A DNA stretch of 59,738 bases from Acidimicrobiia bacterium (lineage in GTDB: Bacteria; Actinomycetota; Acidimicrobiia; Acidimicrobiales; CADCSY01). This document shows positions 20,101 to 30,697 of the stretch, one piece after another. The stretch covers positions 1 to 59,738 of the forward strand of contig JBFWQW010000006.1 in NCBI GenBank assembly GCA_050249235.1, in the 5' to 3' direction. The translations under genes were made by a program, and so were the position numbers. The notes beneath the pieces are model-generated. The model searched no databases. It saw only the letters and a program-made list of their open reading frames with translations, and was not told the origin of the DNA. Within the stretch, counting starts at the first letter, position 1. Each line of letters begins with the position of its first letter.

Positions 20101-21087
20101 TCAGATCAGGCCGAGCTGCTGCACCGCGTCTCGCTCCTCGGCCAGCTCGGCGTTGGAGGCGTCGATGCGGGCCCGGGAGAGGTCGTCGATCTCGAGGCCG
20201 GGGACGATCGACCAGTCGCCGCCCGAGGTGGTGACCGGGAACGACGTGATCAGGCCCTCGGGCACGTCGTACGAGCCGTCGGAGTACACACCCATCGACA
20301 CCCAGTCGCCGTCGGGGGTCCCCATGGCCCAGTCGCGCACGTGGTCGATCGCGGCGTTGGCCGCCGACGCCGCGCTCGACGAGCCCCGGGCCGCGATGAT
20401 CGCCGCCCCCCGCTGCTGCACCGTGGGGATGAAGTCGTCGACGACCCACGCCCGGTCGTCCACCAGCTCGGCCGCCGACCGGCCGCCGACCTCGGCGTGG
20501 AAGACGTCCGGGTACTGCGTGGCCGAGTGGTTGCCCCAGATCGTCATGCGGGTGACGTCGCGCACCGGGACGCCGACCTTGGCCGCCAGCTGGGCCTTGG
20601 CCCGGTTGTGGTCGAGCCGGGTCATGGCCGTGAAGCGACGGGGGTCGATGCCGGGCGCGTTGCGCTGGGCGATCAGGCAGTTCGTGTTGGCCGGGTTGCC
20701 GACCACGAGGACCTTCACGTCGTCGGCCGCCCGATCGGAGAGGGCCTTGCCCTGCACGGTGAAGATGGCGCCGTTGGCCTCGAGGAGGTCGGCCCGCTCC
20801 ATGCCGGCGGTGCGGGGCCGCGAGCCGACGAGGAGGGCGACGCTCACGCCGTCGAACGCCTCGTCGGCGCTGTCCGTGCCGACGACCGACTCGAGGAGCG
20901 GGAAGGCGCAGTCGTCGAGCTCCATCGCCACGCCCTCGAGCGCGCCCAGCGCCGGCGTGATCTCGAGCAGGCGGAGGTGCACCGGCTGGTCGGGTCCGAG
21001 CATCGCGCCGCTGGCGATGCGGAACAGGAGGCTGTAGCCGATCTGGCCGGCGGCACCGGTGACGGCGACGCGAACGGGGTCCTTCAC
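20101..21087 (-). CDS. mdh: malate dehydrogenase
   Basis: [34 protein letters not shown] and GNPANTN. Confidence 0.95.
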   Translation of the reverse strand: MKDPVRVAVTGAAGQIGYSLLFRIASGAMLGPDQPVHLRLLEITPALGALEGVAMELDDCAFPLLESVVGTDSADEAFDGVSVALLVGSRPRTAGMERADLLEANGAIFTVQGKALSDRAADDVKVLVVGNPANTNCLIAQRNAPGIDPRRFTAMTRLDHNRAKAQLAAKVGVPVRDVTRMTIWGNHSATQYPDVFHAEVGGRSAAELVDDRAWVVDDFIPTVQQRGAAIIAARGSSSAASAANAAIDHVRDWAMGTPDGDWVSMGVYSDGSYDVPEGLITSFPVTTSGGDWSIVPGLEIDDLSRARIDASNAELAEERDAVQQLGLI

Positions 21088-21302
21088 CGAAGAGGCTCCT
21101 TGTCGAGGGGACCGCGGGTCGTGCGGACGCTAGACCGGCCGGTGGAGGAGACCCCAACCGGCGCCCCGGCCGGCTGCTCGGCCGGCTGCTCGGCCGGCTG
21201 GCCGGCCGGCCGATCGGTCGACCGCTCACCGGCTCGGAGCCGCCGGCCGGGCCGCCCTAGTGTCTCCGGCACCGATCGAGTCGCCCCGAGGAGTCAGCGA
21301 AC

Positions 21303-22520
21303 ATGCCGAAGATCAAGGTCGTGAACCCCGTCGTCGAGATGGACGGCGACGAGATGACGCGGATCATCTGGCAGTTCATCAAGGAGCAGCTGATCCTGCC
21401 GTACCTCGACGTCGACCTGAAGTACTACGACCTCGGCATCGAGCACCGCGACGCCACGGACGACCAGGTCACCGTCGACTCGGCCGAGGCCACCAAGCGC
21501 TACGGCGTGGCCGTGAAGTGCGCCACCATCACGCCCGACGAGGCCCGCGTCGAGGAGTTCGGCCTGAAGCAGATGTGGCGGAGCCCGAACGGCACCATCC
21601 GCAACATCCTCGGCGGCGTGATCTTCCGCGAGCCCATCGTGATCTCGAACATCCCCCGGCTCGTCCCCGGCTGGACGAAGCCGATCGTCATCGGCCGTCA
21701 CGCCCACGGCGACCAGTACCGCGCCACCGACTTCAGGGTGCCCGGGCCCGGCACGGTCACGATGACCTACACCCCGGCCGACGGCGGCGCCCCGATGGAG
21801 CTCCACGTCGCCGACTTCACCGGCGGCGGGGTGGCGATGGGCATGTACAACTTCGACGACTCGATCCGCGACTTCGCCCGGGCGTCGATGCGCTACGGCC
21901 TCGACCGGGGCTGGCCCGTCTACCTGTCGACGAAGAACACGATCCTCAAGGCCTACGACGGCCGCTTCAAGGACCTGTTCGCCGAGGTGTTCGAGAGCGA
22001 GTTCAAGGCCGACTTCGAGGCGGCCGGGATCAGCTACGAGCATCGCCTCATCGACGACATGGTCGCCGCCGCCATGAAGTGGGAGGGCGGCTACGTCTGG
22101 GCCTGCAAGAACTACGACGGCGACGTGCAGTCCGACACCGTGGCCCAGGGCTTCGGCTCGCTCGGGCTCATGACCTCGGTGCTCATGACCCCCGACGGCA
22201 GGACCGTCGAGGCCGAGGCCGCCCACGGCACCGTCACCCGCCACTACCGCGAGCACCAGAAGGGCAACAAGACCTCGACCAACCCGATCGCGTCGATCTT
22301 CGCCTGGACCCGGGGCCTGGCCCACCGGGGCAAGCTCGACGGCACTCCCGAGGTCACCGCCTTCGCCGACGCCCTCGAGGCCGTGTGCATCGAGGCGGTC
22401 GAGGCCGGTCAGATGACCAAGGACCTCTCGCTGATGATCTCGAAGGACGCCCCCTGGCTCACCACGGAGGAGTTCCTCGCCGCCCTCGACGACCGGCTCC
22501 GGGCGAAGATGGCCGGCTGA
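21303..22520 (+). CDS. icd: NADP-dependent isocitrate dehydrogenase (homodimeric, eukaryote-like subfamily)
   Basis: [30 protein letters not shown] and [17 protein letters not shown] upstream. Confidence 0.95.
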   Translation: MPKIKVVNPVVEMDGDEMTRIIWQFIKEQLILPYLDVDLKYYDLGIEHRDATDDQVTVDSAEATKRYGVAVKCATITPDEARVEEFGLKQMWRSPNGTIRNILGGVIFREPIVISNIPRLVPGWTKPIVIGRHAHGDQYRATDFRVPGPGTVTMTYTPADGGAPMELHVADFTGGGVAMGMYNFDDSIRDFARASMRYGLDRGWPVYLSTKNTILKAYDGRFKDLFAEVFESEFKADFEAAGISYEHRLIDDMVAAAMKWEGGYVWACKNYDGDVQSDTVAQGFGSLGLMTSVLMTPDGRTVEAEAAHGTVTRHYREHQKGNKTSTNPIASIFAWTRGLAHRGKLDGTPEVTAFADALEAVCIEAVEAGQMTKDLSLMISKDAPWLTTEEFLAALDDRLRAKMAG

Positions 22521-22575
22521 ACGACGGCTCGCCGGCCGGGGGGTCACGCCCCGCCCGGTCGAGGCCGCGGCCCGG

Positions 22576-23442
22576 TCAGGCCGGCGCGAGGCCGAGCTGG
22601 GCGCAGACCTCGAGGGCGGCCTGCGAGAAGTTCATGGTGATGAGGTGCAGGCCGGGCGCGCCCCGGTCGAGCAGCGTCCCGGCCAGGTCGACGGCCACGT
22701 CGACGGCGACCTTGCGGACCGCGGCCGGATCGCCGTCGGCGGCGTCGAGCCGGGCCTCGAGCTCGTCGGGGATGGTGGTGCGGTTGACGGCGGCCATCCG
22801 CCGGACGCTGTCGACGGTCGTGAAGAGCATGAGCCCGGGCAGCACCGGCTTCTCGACGCCGAGGGCGGCGAGGTCGTCGAGCAGCCGCAGGTAGTCGTCG
22901 GCCACGAAGAAGAAGTTGGTGATCCCGAAGTCGGCCAGGGTCAGCTTCTCGGCCAGGTGGCGGCGGTCGGACACGAGGTCGGGCGACCGGGGGTGGCCTT
23001 CCGGGATGGCGGCCACACCGATCGAGAAGTCGCCGATCGACCGGGCCAGCTCGATGAGCTCGACCGCGTAGGTGAAGTCGCTCGGGTGGTCGAGACCGTC
23101 GGCGGGCGGGTCGCCGCCGAGGGCCAGCAGGTTCTGCACCCCGATGTCGCGGTAGCCGACCACGAGCTCCTCGATCTCGTCCCGTCGCTGGGCGACGCAG
23201 GTCAGGTGCGGGAGCACCGTCATCGAGGTGTCGGCGTGGATGTGCTCGACGATCGCCCGGGTCTGCGCCCGGCTGGAGCCGAGCGCCCCGTAGGTGACCG
23301 AGACGAACGACGGGCCGATCGGCTCGAGCCGCTGCAGCACCTTCTCGAGCCGCTGGGCCTGCTCCTCCGTCTTGCCCGGGAAGAACTCGAACGACGTCGT
23401 CGGGCCGGCCGCCAGCAGGTCGGCGATCTTGGTCACGACCAC
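22576..23442 (-). CDS. metF: methylenetetrahydrofolate reductase
   Basis: SFEFFPGKT, FVSVTYGALGSSR and LPHLTC. I chose the GTG at 23442 (GGGAG SD 5 nt upstream). The track ORF extends to 23478. Confidence 0.9.
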   Translation of the reverse strand: MVVTKIADLLAAGPTTSFEFFPGKTEEQAQRLEKVLQRLEPIGPSFVSVTYGALGSSRAQTRAIVEHIHADTSMTVLPHLTCVAQRRDEIEELVVGYRDIGVQNLLALGGDPPADGLDHPSDFTYAVELIELARSIGDFSIGVAAIPEGHPRSPDLVSDRRHLAEKLTLADFGITNFFFVADDYLRLLDDLAALGVEKPVLPGLMLFTTVDSVRRMAAVNRTTIPDELEARLDAADGDPAAVRKVAVDVAVDLAGTLLDRGAPGLHLITMNFSQAALEVCAQLGLAPA

Positions 23443-23478
23443 ATTCTCTCCCGACGCCGTCGGTCCCGGGAACCTCAC

Positions 23479-25848
23479 CTACCGGCGCAGGGTCATGTCG
23501 ACGATGTTGTCGAAGAAGATGTCCTTCGGGAAGTTGTCGCCCCGGTGGAGGGCGTCGCCGAAGGCGAACACCATCCCGTCGGCCGCGGCCAGGAAGTAGC
23601 CGTCGCCCGTGAGCGTGGGCCGGATCTGCATGCCCGGGGGCTGGTGGCAGAGCCCCGTGCCGGGGATGCTGCCCTGGTAGGCGACACCGAACGAGAACAC
23701 GCCGCCGTCCCGGGCGAGCAGCCAGTAGCCGCCCGCCGGGTGGGCCGCCATCGAGATGACCGGCGCGTTGAGCACCATGCCGCCGGTCGAGCCGAAGAAG
23801 CGGGCGTCGCCGAACGAGAACACCCCGCCGTCGGCGGCGAGCAGCCAGTAGCCGTTGCCCGACGGGGTCGGCAGCAGCGAGATGATGGGCGCGTTCAGGG
23901 GCAGGCCGCCCATCGAGCCGAAGAAGCGGGCGTCGCCGAAGGAGAAGACACCGCCGTCGCGGCCGAGCAGCCAGTAGCCGTTGCCCGACGTCGTCGCGGC
24001 CAGGCCGATGATCGGCCCGTTGAGCGGCACGCCGCCCATCGACCCGTGGAAGGCGGCGTCGCCGAAGGCGAACACCCCGCCGTCCTCACCGAGGATCAGG
24101 TAGCCGTGGCCCGAGTGCGAGGCGGAGATGGCCCTCGTCCGGGTGTGGATGCCGAGGCCCGGCAGGCTCCCGAAGAAGGGCGCGCCACCGAGGGCGGCCA
24201 CGCCGCCGTTGGCGTCGAGGAGCCAGTAGCCGTTCGACGACGCCGGCTCGGGGTCGGCCGGCGGGTTCGAAGGCCGGCGGCACAGCCAAGGCGGCAGCGG
24301 GTCACCGCCGGTGGGGTCGGCCCCGAGGTGCAGGGCGTTCTTCCGCCACTGGGGCCAGGGCGGGGTGAGGGCCGGCGCGTCGATGGCGTAGGCGGCGATC
24401 CGCCCGTCGGCATCCGGCGCCGACTCCGGCACGTCGGGTCCCCGGTGGAAGCCGGCCACGATGAGCCGCCAGCCGACGCCGGGGAAGTTGGCGACGGCCG
24501 GCGAGTTGTGGAACGACCAGCCCTGGGCGACGGGCGCGGTGAGCCGCCCGCCGTCGCCGTTCATGACGAACGTGGCCCAGCCGTTGCCGACCACGATGTC
24601 GTTGCGGCCGTTGCCGTCCACGTCGGCGATGACGGGCGTGCCCACGATCTGGCCGCCGCCCTCGCCGGGCAGGTGGGGGTCGACCGCGACGTGCAGCGCC
24701 CCGTTGCCCCGGAAGGCGTAGACGACGCCGTTGTCCCCGCCGAGGACGACCTCGGGGTTGCCCCCGTCGTCGCCGGTCACGTCGCCGAGCGCCACCTCCC
24801 CACGGTTGAGCGTCCCGGTCGACACCGGCCACCCGGGCACGTTGGAGCCGTCGTCGAGGTGGATGGCGTGGACCCGGCTGCTCTCGTCGTTCTTGTAGAA
24901 GTCGCCCGTCCTGGTGACGAGCTCGGGCCGGCCGTCACCGTTGATGTCGCCGATGGCCGGGCTCCCGTAGATCGTCTCGGCGAACGTGCGCTTCCAGAGG
25001 TGGTGCACGGCGCCGCCCTGGACGTCGAGCGCCCGGATCTGGCCGCCGTCGTAGTCCTCGTCGCCGCCCGCCGTCGAGTCGCCCCCGATGAAGATCTCGA
25101 GCCGCCCGTCGCCGTCGACGTCGTAGAGGGCCGGCGACGACCAGACCGTGTCGTCGTTCCAGAGCGGGAAGCCGGGCAGCTCCTGGCCGTTGCGGTCGAG
25201 GGCGTGGATGCGGAGGTCCCAGCCGCCGAAGACCACGTCGGGGAAGCCGTCGCCGTCGACGTCGCCGACCGCCGGCGTGGAGTAGGCACCCTCGGTGTAG
25301 CCGTCCGGGTTCGGGCCCATGCCCCACACCGTGAACTCGTCCGCGCCCCGCCAGGTCCAGCGGACCCCGCCGTCCCGGTTGAACACGACCAGGCCGCCCT
25401 GCTGGTTCGGCACCCACGTGGAGGTGGCGCCGACGACGATCTCGACCTTGCCGTCCTTGTCGAGGTCGGCCACCGTCGGCCCGGCCTCGACCGCGGTCGG
25501 ATGGGCGCCGTCGGGCTGGACCTTCTGGGGCCAGCCCGGCAGGTCGTTGCCCGACTTGTCGTACACGTGCAGCCAACCCTCGAGGTCGCCGATGACGATC
25601 TCCGGCGTGCCGTCGCCGTCGACGTCGGCCACGGTGGGCGATGACGAGTGGAACCGGGCGTCGCCGACGCGCTCCCACGCCTGGGACAGGCTCCCCCCGA
25701 GGGCCCCGGCGGGTGGGGTGGCGACGACGGCCGAGACCGCGGCGGCGAACAGGGCGCCGGCCACCAGGCCCGCACGGGCGCGTCGGGTCCGGGCGACGGC
25801 GAGGTCCATGACCCGAGTGTCGACGGCCGATTTGTCCGACTTGAGCAT
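23479..25848 (-). CDS. secreted FG-GAP/VCBS repeat protein with a C-terminal 6 x ~42-aa GYWLL..DGGVF.FGDA repeat module
   Basis: Signal-like N-terminus (RRARAGLVAGALFAAAVSAVVATPPAGA). Seven DxDGDG-type loops (VADVDGDGTPEIVIG, VADLDKDGKVEIVVG, VGDVDGDGFPDVVFG, ...). These are followed by six tandem repeats such as SGNGYWLLGRDGGVFSFGDARFFGSMGGLPLNAPII. ATG at 25848 has a GGAGAAGG SD. Confidence 0.8.
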   Translation of the reverse strand: MLKSDKSAVDTRVMDLAVARTRRARAGLVAGALFAAAVSAVVATPPAGALGGSLSQAWERVGDARFHSSSPTVADVDGDGTPEIVIGDLEGWLHVYDKSGNDLPGWPQKVQPDGAHPTAVEAGPTVADLDKDGKVEIVVGATSTWVPNQQGGLVVFNRDGGVRWTWRGADEFTVWGMGPNPDGYTEGAYSTPAVGDVDGDGFPDVVFGGWDLRIHALDRNGQELPGFPLWNDDTVWSSPALYDVDGDGRLEIFIGGDSTAGGDEDYDGGQIRALDVQGGAVHHLWKRTFAETIYGSPAIGDINGDGRPELVTRTGDFYKNDESSRVHAIHLDDGSNVPGWPVSTGTLNRGEVALGDVTGDDGGNPEVVLGGDNGVVYAFRGNGALHVAVDPHLPGEGGGQIVGTPVIADVDGNGRNDIVVGNGWATFVMNGDGGRLTAPVAQGWSFHNSPAVANFPGVGWRLIVAGFHRGPDVPESAPDADGRIAAYAIDAPALTPPWPQWRKNALHLGADPTGGDPLPPWLCRRPSNPPADPEPASSNGYWLLDANGGVAALGGAPFFGSLPGLGIHTRTRAISASHSGHGYLILGEDGGVFAFGDAAFHGSMGGVPLNGPIIGLAATTSGNGYWLLGRDGGVFSFGDARFFGSMGGLPLNAPIISLLPTPSGNGYWLLAADGGVFSFGDARFFGSTGGMVLNAPVISMAAHPAGGYWLLARDGGVFSFGVAYQGSIPGTGLCHQPPGMQIRPTLTGDGYFLAAADGMVFAFGDALHRGDNFPKDIFFDNIVDMTLRR

Positions 25849-25978
25849 CGACGGACCTTCTCCCCGACCCCGCCGGCCCAACCCCGCGCCCCCTTTCCGG
25901 CGCCCCACCCACACCTGGCGGGGGTTGGACGCCGGAAAGCGGGCGAGGGCCGGTCCGGGCTGGAAAGCTGCCCGGCCT

Positions 25979-27175
25979 GTGCGACGGGGCGTGGGGCGGC
26001 TGGCCGTGTGGGCGGTGGGGCTCGGCGCCCTACGGATCGCCGGGCTGCCACCCGAGGACTGCGGCGACCCGACCGTGCCGGCCATGACCGCGGCGGTCGA
26101 CGAGGCGGTCGGCTGGATCGTGCGGGCCCAGGAGGCCGACGGCTCGTACGTCTACCTCCATCCGCTCGACGGGACGCTCGAGACCGACGAGGCGTACAAC
26201 ATCGTCCGCCACGCCGGCGTGACCATGTCGCTCTACCAGTACGCCGCGCTGGCGGGCGACCTCCCCGGCGACGGGGCCGGCGGCCCCGGGGCCGCCGCCG
26301 CCCTCGAGGCCGCCGACCGGGGCCTGGCCTACATGGAGGCCAGGCTGGCGCGGGGACCGGGCTGGAGCGCCTTCACGTCGGGCGGGCCGCCCCAGCTGGG
26401 CGCCAGCGCCCTCCTCCTCGCCGGCCTGCTCCAGCGGCGCCTGGCGACCGGCGAGACCGTCCACGACGACCTCGCCCGCCGGGTCGGGGCCTTCGTGCTG
26501 CTGCTCCAGGAGGACGACGGCGCCTTCCTCGACCGGCTCGACCGCCGCACCGGCCAGCCCATCCCGGGCATCCGCTCCCTCTACGCCACCGGCGAGGCCT
26601 TCTGGGCCCTGACCCTGCTCGACGCCGCCTTCCCCGGCGAGGGCTGGCGGGCGCCGGCCCGGGCCGTCTCGCGCTACCTCGCGACCGAGCGGGACCGGGT
26701 CGAGGACGTGGACTGGGGGCTCTGGGCCGACCAGTGGGCCGCCTACGGCCTGGCCGAGGCGGGCTGGACGCTCGACCGCGACGAGATCGCCTACGCCACC
26801 CGGCTGTCCGAGCGGTTCGGCCTCTATGCCCGCACCGAGTCGCAGCGGGAGTCGAACCCCATCGCCCGCCTCGTGCGGGGCGGCACCGCCAGCGGGTCCG
26901 GGCTCGGCGTCGAGGCCGAGGCCCTCGGCTCGCTCTGGCGGCTGGGCGGGGCGGACGACCGCCTCGGCGAGCTCCGTCCCGACCTCGGCGACCGGCTGGC
27001 CTGCACCGGCGGCATCCTCGCCGCCCGCCAGCACGGCGGTCGGGAGGCGCTCGTGCGGGGCGCCTGGTTCACCGACGGCGTGACCAGGATGGACGACCAG
27101 CAGCACGCCCTCTCCGGCCTGCTGGCGGCGGTGCTGGCCCAGGCGACCGACGACGACGGAGGTACCGATGGGTGA
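25979..27175 (+). CDS. prenyltransferase / terpenoid-cyclase-like alpha-alpha toroid repeat protein
   Basis: Repeated Q-x-x-DG-aromatic motifs (RAQEADGSYVY, LLQEDDGAFLD). The start is uncertain: GTG 25979 gives a hydrophobic N-terminus, and ATG 26084 is the alternative. Confidence 0.55.
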   Translation: MRRGVGRLAVWAVGLGALRIAGLPPEDCGDPTVPAMTAAVDEAVGWIVRAQEADGSYVYLHPLDGTLETDEAYNIVRHAGVTMSLYQYAALAGDLPGDGAGGPGAAAALEAADRGLAYMEARLARGPGWSAFTSGGPPQLGASALLLAGLLQRRLATGETVHDDLARRVGAFVLLLQEDDGAFLDRLDRRTGQPIPGIRSLYATGEAFWALTLLDAAFPGEGWRAPARAVSRYLATERDRVEDVDWGLWADQWAAYGLAEAGWTLDRDEIAYATRLSERFGLYARTESQRESNPIARLVRGGTASGSGLGVEAEALGSLWRLGGADDRLGELRPDLGDRLACTGGILAARQHGGREALVRGAWFTDGVTRMDDQQHALSGLLAAVLAQATDDDGGTDG

Positions 27176-27605
27176 GCTGCTGCGGACCGCGGTCGTGCTC
27201 CTGGCCGCCGGCGAGCCGCTCCGGGGCCGGGGCCGGGTCGGCCGGGCCTGGTTCGTGCCGGTCGCCGTCGCGATCGCGCTCCTGGCTGCCGACGCCTGCG
27301 ACTGGCTCGACGTCACCCAGCCGTCGGCCCGCATCGCCGCCGGCCTGGTGCTCGTGACCGTGACCCTCTGGCAGCTCACGCTCGGCGCGGCCGCCTCCTC
27401 CCCCGTGGCGGCGGTGGTGGCCGCCGCCGCCGGCTCCTCCCTCGACACCGGCCGGGGCACCACCGTGTGGGCCGCCCTGCTCGCCGGCGCCGCCCTGCTG
27501 GTGCTCGCCGGCCGCCCCGGCCGGGCCCCCTCGGCCCAGCTGGCCGGGGTCGTGCTGGCCGTCGCCGGGGTCGGGCTGGTGCTGGCCGGCATCGACGCCG
27601 TCTGA
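27168..27605 (+). CDS. small integral membrane protein (about 4 TM)
   Basis: The ATG overlaps the upstream stop by 8 nt, with a GGAGG SD. Strongly hydrophobic, Ala/Leu/Val-rich segments. Confidence 0.55.
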   Translation: MGELLRTAVVLLAAGEPLRGRGRVGRAWFVPVAVAIALLAADACDWLDVTQPSARIAAGLVLVTVTLWQLTLGAAASSPVAAVVAAAAGSSLDTGRGTTVWAALLAGAALLVLAGRPGRAPSAQLAGVVLAVAGVGLVLAGIDAV

Positions 27606-27710
27606 GAGGCCCGGCACCGGGCGCGGGTCGGCCCCGTTGGGCGAATCGCCCCGAGAACAGGCATTCTGTACTGCCCGGCAACCCCCGTCGGGCGACAGGA
27701 GGTTGCACAC

Positions 27711-29477
27711 GTGGCTCGGTTCCGAGGCTCCGCGGCGGCGGCCGAGAAGCCGCGTGCCACCGAGACCCCGTCCGGGCCCAGCCTCCCGGCACCCTCCGAG
27801 AAGCTCGGTGAGCTGCTGGTCCGGGGCGACCACATCTCCCACGCCCAGCTCGCCGAGGCCCTGCTCCAGCAGTCCGCCTCCGGCAAGCGCATCGGCACCC
27901 TGCTCGTCGAGGTGGGCGCACTCAAGGCCTCCGCCCTCGCCGAGGCGCTCGCCGAGCAGTTCGACCTGGAGCTGGTCGACCTGCGCCGCCAGGTCCCAGA
28001 GCCCGAGGCCGTCGGCCTCATCTCGGAGCCGGTGGCCCGCCGGCTCGGCGCCATCCCGCTCCGGATCGACGACGACGCGCTCGTCGTCGCCGTCGCCGAC
28101 GTGTCCGATGCCGTCCTCGCCGAGCTCTCCCGATCCGCCGGTCGGCCGGTCGTGCTGGCGGTGGCGCCCGAGTCCGACATCCGCCGGGCCATCGACAACG
28201 GCTACCGGGCCCTCGCCGACGTCGACCAGCACGTCCGGGCCTTCGAGGCCTCGGCCGCCGAGAGCCTCCACCGGGCGGCCGTGGCCGTCACCGCCCAGGC
28301 CGCCGGCGACGACGCCCCCGTCGTCCAGGTCGTGAACCTGGTCATCACGCAGGGCCTGCGCGACCGGGCGTCCGACATCCACTTCGAGCCCCAGAGCGAC
28401 CGGCTGCGGGTGCGGTTCCGCATCGACGGCGCCCTCCACGACGTGCTGGCCCTCCCGCTCGACATCGGGCCCGCCCTCGTCAGCCGGGTGAAGATCATGG
28501 CCGGCATGAACATCGTCGAGCGGCGCCGCCCGCAGGACGGCCAGATCGCCACCGAGATCGACGGCCGGGAGCTCGACATCCGGGTGTCGACCACGGCCAC
28601 GATCAAGGGCGAGAAGGTCGTCATGCGGCTGCTCGACAAGTCGAAGCAGCTCTTCCGCACCCACGACCTGGGCATGCCCGACGACACCCGCGCCCTCTAC
28701 ATGGACATGGTGCGGGCGCCCTACGGCATGGTGGTCTGCGCCGGGCCCACCGGCAGCGGCAAGACCACGACGCTCTACGCCACGCTGGCCGAGATCGCCG
28801 ACCCGCAGCGCAACGTCATGACGATCGAGGATCCCGTCGAGTACGTCTTCCCGTCGATCAACCAGATCCAGATCAACGAGCTGGGCGGGCTCACCTTCGC
28901 CGACGGCCTCAAGTCGATCCTGCGCCAGGACCCCGACGTGATCCTCGTGGGCGAGATCCGCGACGTCGAGACGGCCCGCATCGCCACCCAGTCCGCCCTC
29001 ACCGGCCACTTCGTGCTCTCGTCGATCCACGCCACCGACTCGGTGCTGGCCCTCCACCGCTTCCTCGACATGGGCATCGAGTCGTTCCTGATCGCCTCGT
29101 CGGTGCGGGCGATCATCGGCCAGCGGCTCGTGCGGCGGATCTGCACCGCCTGCCGCGAGCCCTACAGCCCGTCCGCCGACGAGCTGGCCATCTACGACGA
29201 GCTCACCAACGGCACCGGCGAGAAGAAGCGCTTCTTCCACGGCGCCGGCTGCAACTTCTGCTCCGGCACCGGCTACCGCGACCGCATCGGCGTCTACGAG
29301 CTCCTGCGGATGACGCCCGAGCTCAAGCGCCTCGTGGTCGGTTGGGCCAGCCAGGACGAGCTCAGAAGGTTGGCCGTCCAACAAGGGATGCGCACCCTCA
29401 AGGACGAAGCTCTCGAGTTGGTCGACGACGACGTGACCACGATCTCCGAGGTCGTCAAGACGGTCTACTCGGCATAG
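27711..29477 (+). CDS. pilB: type IV pilus assembly ATPase PilB (GspE family)
   Basis: N-terminal T2SSE_N-like domain (LGELLVRGDHISHAQLAEAL). Walker A GPTGSGKTTT. Tetra-Cys cluster CTACRE...CNFCSGTG. AGGAGG SD. Confidence 0.9.
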   Translation: MARFRGSAAAAEKPRATETPSGPSLPAPSEKLGELLVRGDHISHAQLAEALLQQSASGKRIGTLLVEVGALKASALAEALAEQFDLELVDLRRQVPEPEAVGLISEPVARRLGAIPLRIDDDALVVAVADVSDAVLAELSRSAGRPVVLAVAPESDIRRAIDNGYRALADVDQHVRAFEASAAESLHRAAVAVTAQAAGDDAPVVQVVNLVITQGLRDRASDIHFEPQSDRLRVRFRIDGALHDVLALPLDIGPALVSRVKIMAGMNIVERRRPQDGQIATEIDGRELDIRVSTTATIKGEKVVMRLLDKSKQLFRTHDLGMPDDTRALYMDMVRAPYGMVVCAGPTGSGKTTTLYATLAEIADPQRNVMTIEDPVEYVFPSINQIQINELGGLTFADGLKSILRQDPDVILVGEIRDVETARIATQSALTGHFVLSSIHATDSVLALHRFLDMGIESFLIASSVRAIIGQRLVRRICTACREPYSPSADELAIYDELTNGTGEKKRFFHGAGCNFCSGTGYRDRIGVYELLRMTPELKRLVVGWASQDELRRLAVQQGMRTLKDEALELVDDDVTTISEVVKTVYSA

Positions 29478-29489
29478 GAGCTCGGCAGC

Positions 29490-30695
29490 GTGGCGAAGTA
29501 CCGGTACACGGCGATCGGCCCCGACGGGGTGGAAGTCAAGGGTGTCGGCGAGGCCACCACGCCGGGGCTCATGCGCGCCTCGCTGCGGGCCGACGGCCTG
29601 CGGGTGCTCGAGATGCGCGAGAAGCGCAACATCCTGCAGTTCGAGCTGACCAGCGAGAAGGTGCCCCGCAAGGAGGTCATGCACTTCAGTCGCCAGCTGG
29701 CGGTGTTCGTGCGGGCCGGCATCCCGATCATCGACGGCCTCGAGGTGATCGTCGAGGACTCGCCGAACAAGACGTTCAAGCGGGTGCTCTCCGAGATGGC
29801 CGAGGCCCTCCGGGGCGGCAGCACCTTCGCCGACGCCGCCGAGGCGCACCCCAACGCCTTCCCCGCCTTCTACCGGGGCATCCTGCGGTCGGCCGAGCTC
29901 ACCGGCAACCTCGACACCGTGCTCGAGCAGCTCGCCGAGTACATCGAGCGGGAGGTCGAGGCCCGCCAGAAGATCGTCTCCGCCCTCATCTATCCGGCCG
30001 TGGTGTCGGTGATGGCCGTGGTGGCCGTGATCGTGCTCGTCTCCTACGTGCTGCCGAAGTTCAAGGACTTCTTCGAGGGCCTCGACGCCGACCTCCCCCT
30101 CCCGACGCGGATGCTGATCTCGGCCGCCGACTTCATGGGCGAGTGGTGGTGGGTGATCACCGGCTCGATCGTCGGCGCGGTCGTCTTCGTGCTCGTCTCG
30201 ATGCGGACCGACTGGGGCAAGACGCAACGCGACCGCGTCCTGCTCGGGCTCCCGGTCCTCGGCGACGTCGTCCGCCACGCCATCCTCGAGCGCTTCTGCC
30301 GCATCCTCAGCTCGATGGTGGCCGCCGGCGTGCCCCTCCCCGACGCGCTGGCCGTCACCAGCGAGGCCACCAACAACCGGGTCTACCGGCGGGGCCTGTC
30401 CAACGCCCGGGAGGCAATGCTGCGGGGCGAGGGCCTGGCCGAGCCCCTGGCCGCCACCGGGCTGTTCCCCGGAGCGGCCCGCCAGATGTTCCGGGTGGGC
30501 GAGGACACCGGCAGCCTCGACCAGCAGCTCGAGACGGCGGCCGTGTACTTCGACCGCGAGCTGGACTACAAGATCACCCGCTTCACCGGCCTGTTCGAGC
30601 CGGCGATCATCGTCGCCGTCGGCCTGGTCGTGGGCTTCGTCGCCATCGCCCTGGTGTCCGCCATGTACGGGATCTTCAACCAGGTCGAGGTCTGA
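29490..30695 (+). CDS. pilC: type IV pilus platform protein PilC (GspF family)
   Basis: 401 aa with two GspF repeats and 3 TM segments, ending in the typical ...MYGIFNQVEV tail. Confidence 0.9.
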   Translation: MAKYRYTAIGPDGVEVKGVGEATTPGLMRASLRADGLRVLEMREKRNILQFELTSEKVPRKEVMHFSRQLAVFVRAGIPIIDGLEVIVEDSPNKTFKRVLSEMAEALRGGSTFADAAEAHPNAFPAFYRGILRSAELTGNLDTVLEQLAEYIEREVEARQKIVSALIYPAVVSVMAVVAVIVLVSYVLPKFKDFFEGLDADLPLPTRMLISAADFMGEWWWVITGSIVGAVVFVLVSMRTDWGKTQRDRVLLGLPVLGDVVRHAILERFCRILSSMVAAGVPLPDALAVTSEATNNRVYRRGLSNAREAMLRGEGLAEPLAATGLFPGAARQMFRVGEDTGSLDQQLETAAVYFDRELDYKITRFTGLFEPAIIVAVGLVVGFVAIALVSAMYGIFNQVEV

Positions 30696-30697
30696 CC

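Noticed and set aside
21168-21210. Short tandem ggccggctgctc x2 (plus a variant copy) in the mdh-icd divergent region.
   Set aside because: It is only about 3 copies of a 12-mer of simple GC-rich composition. This looks like slippage-type low complexity, not a defined element.
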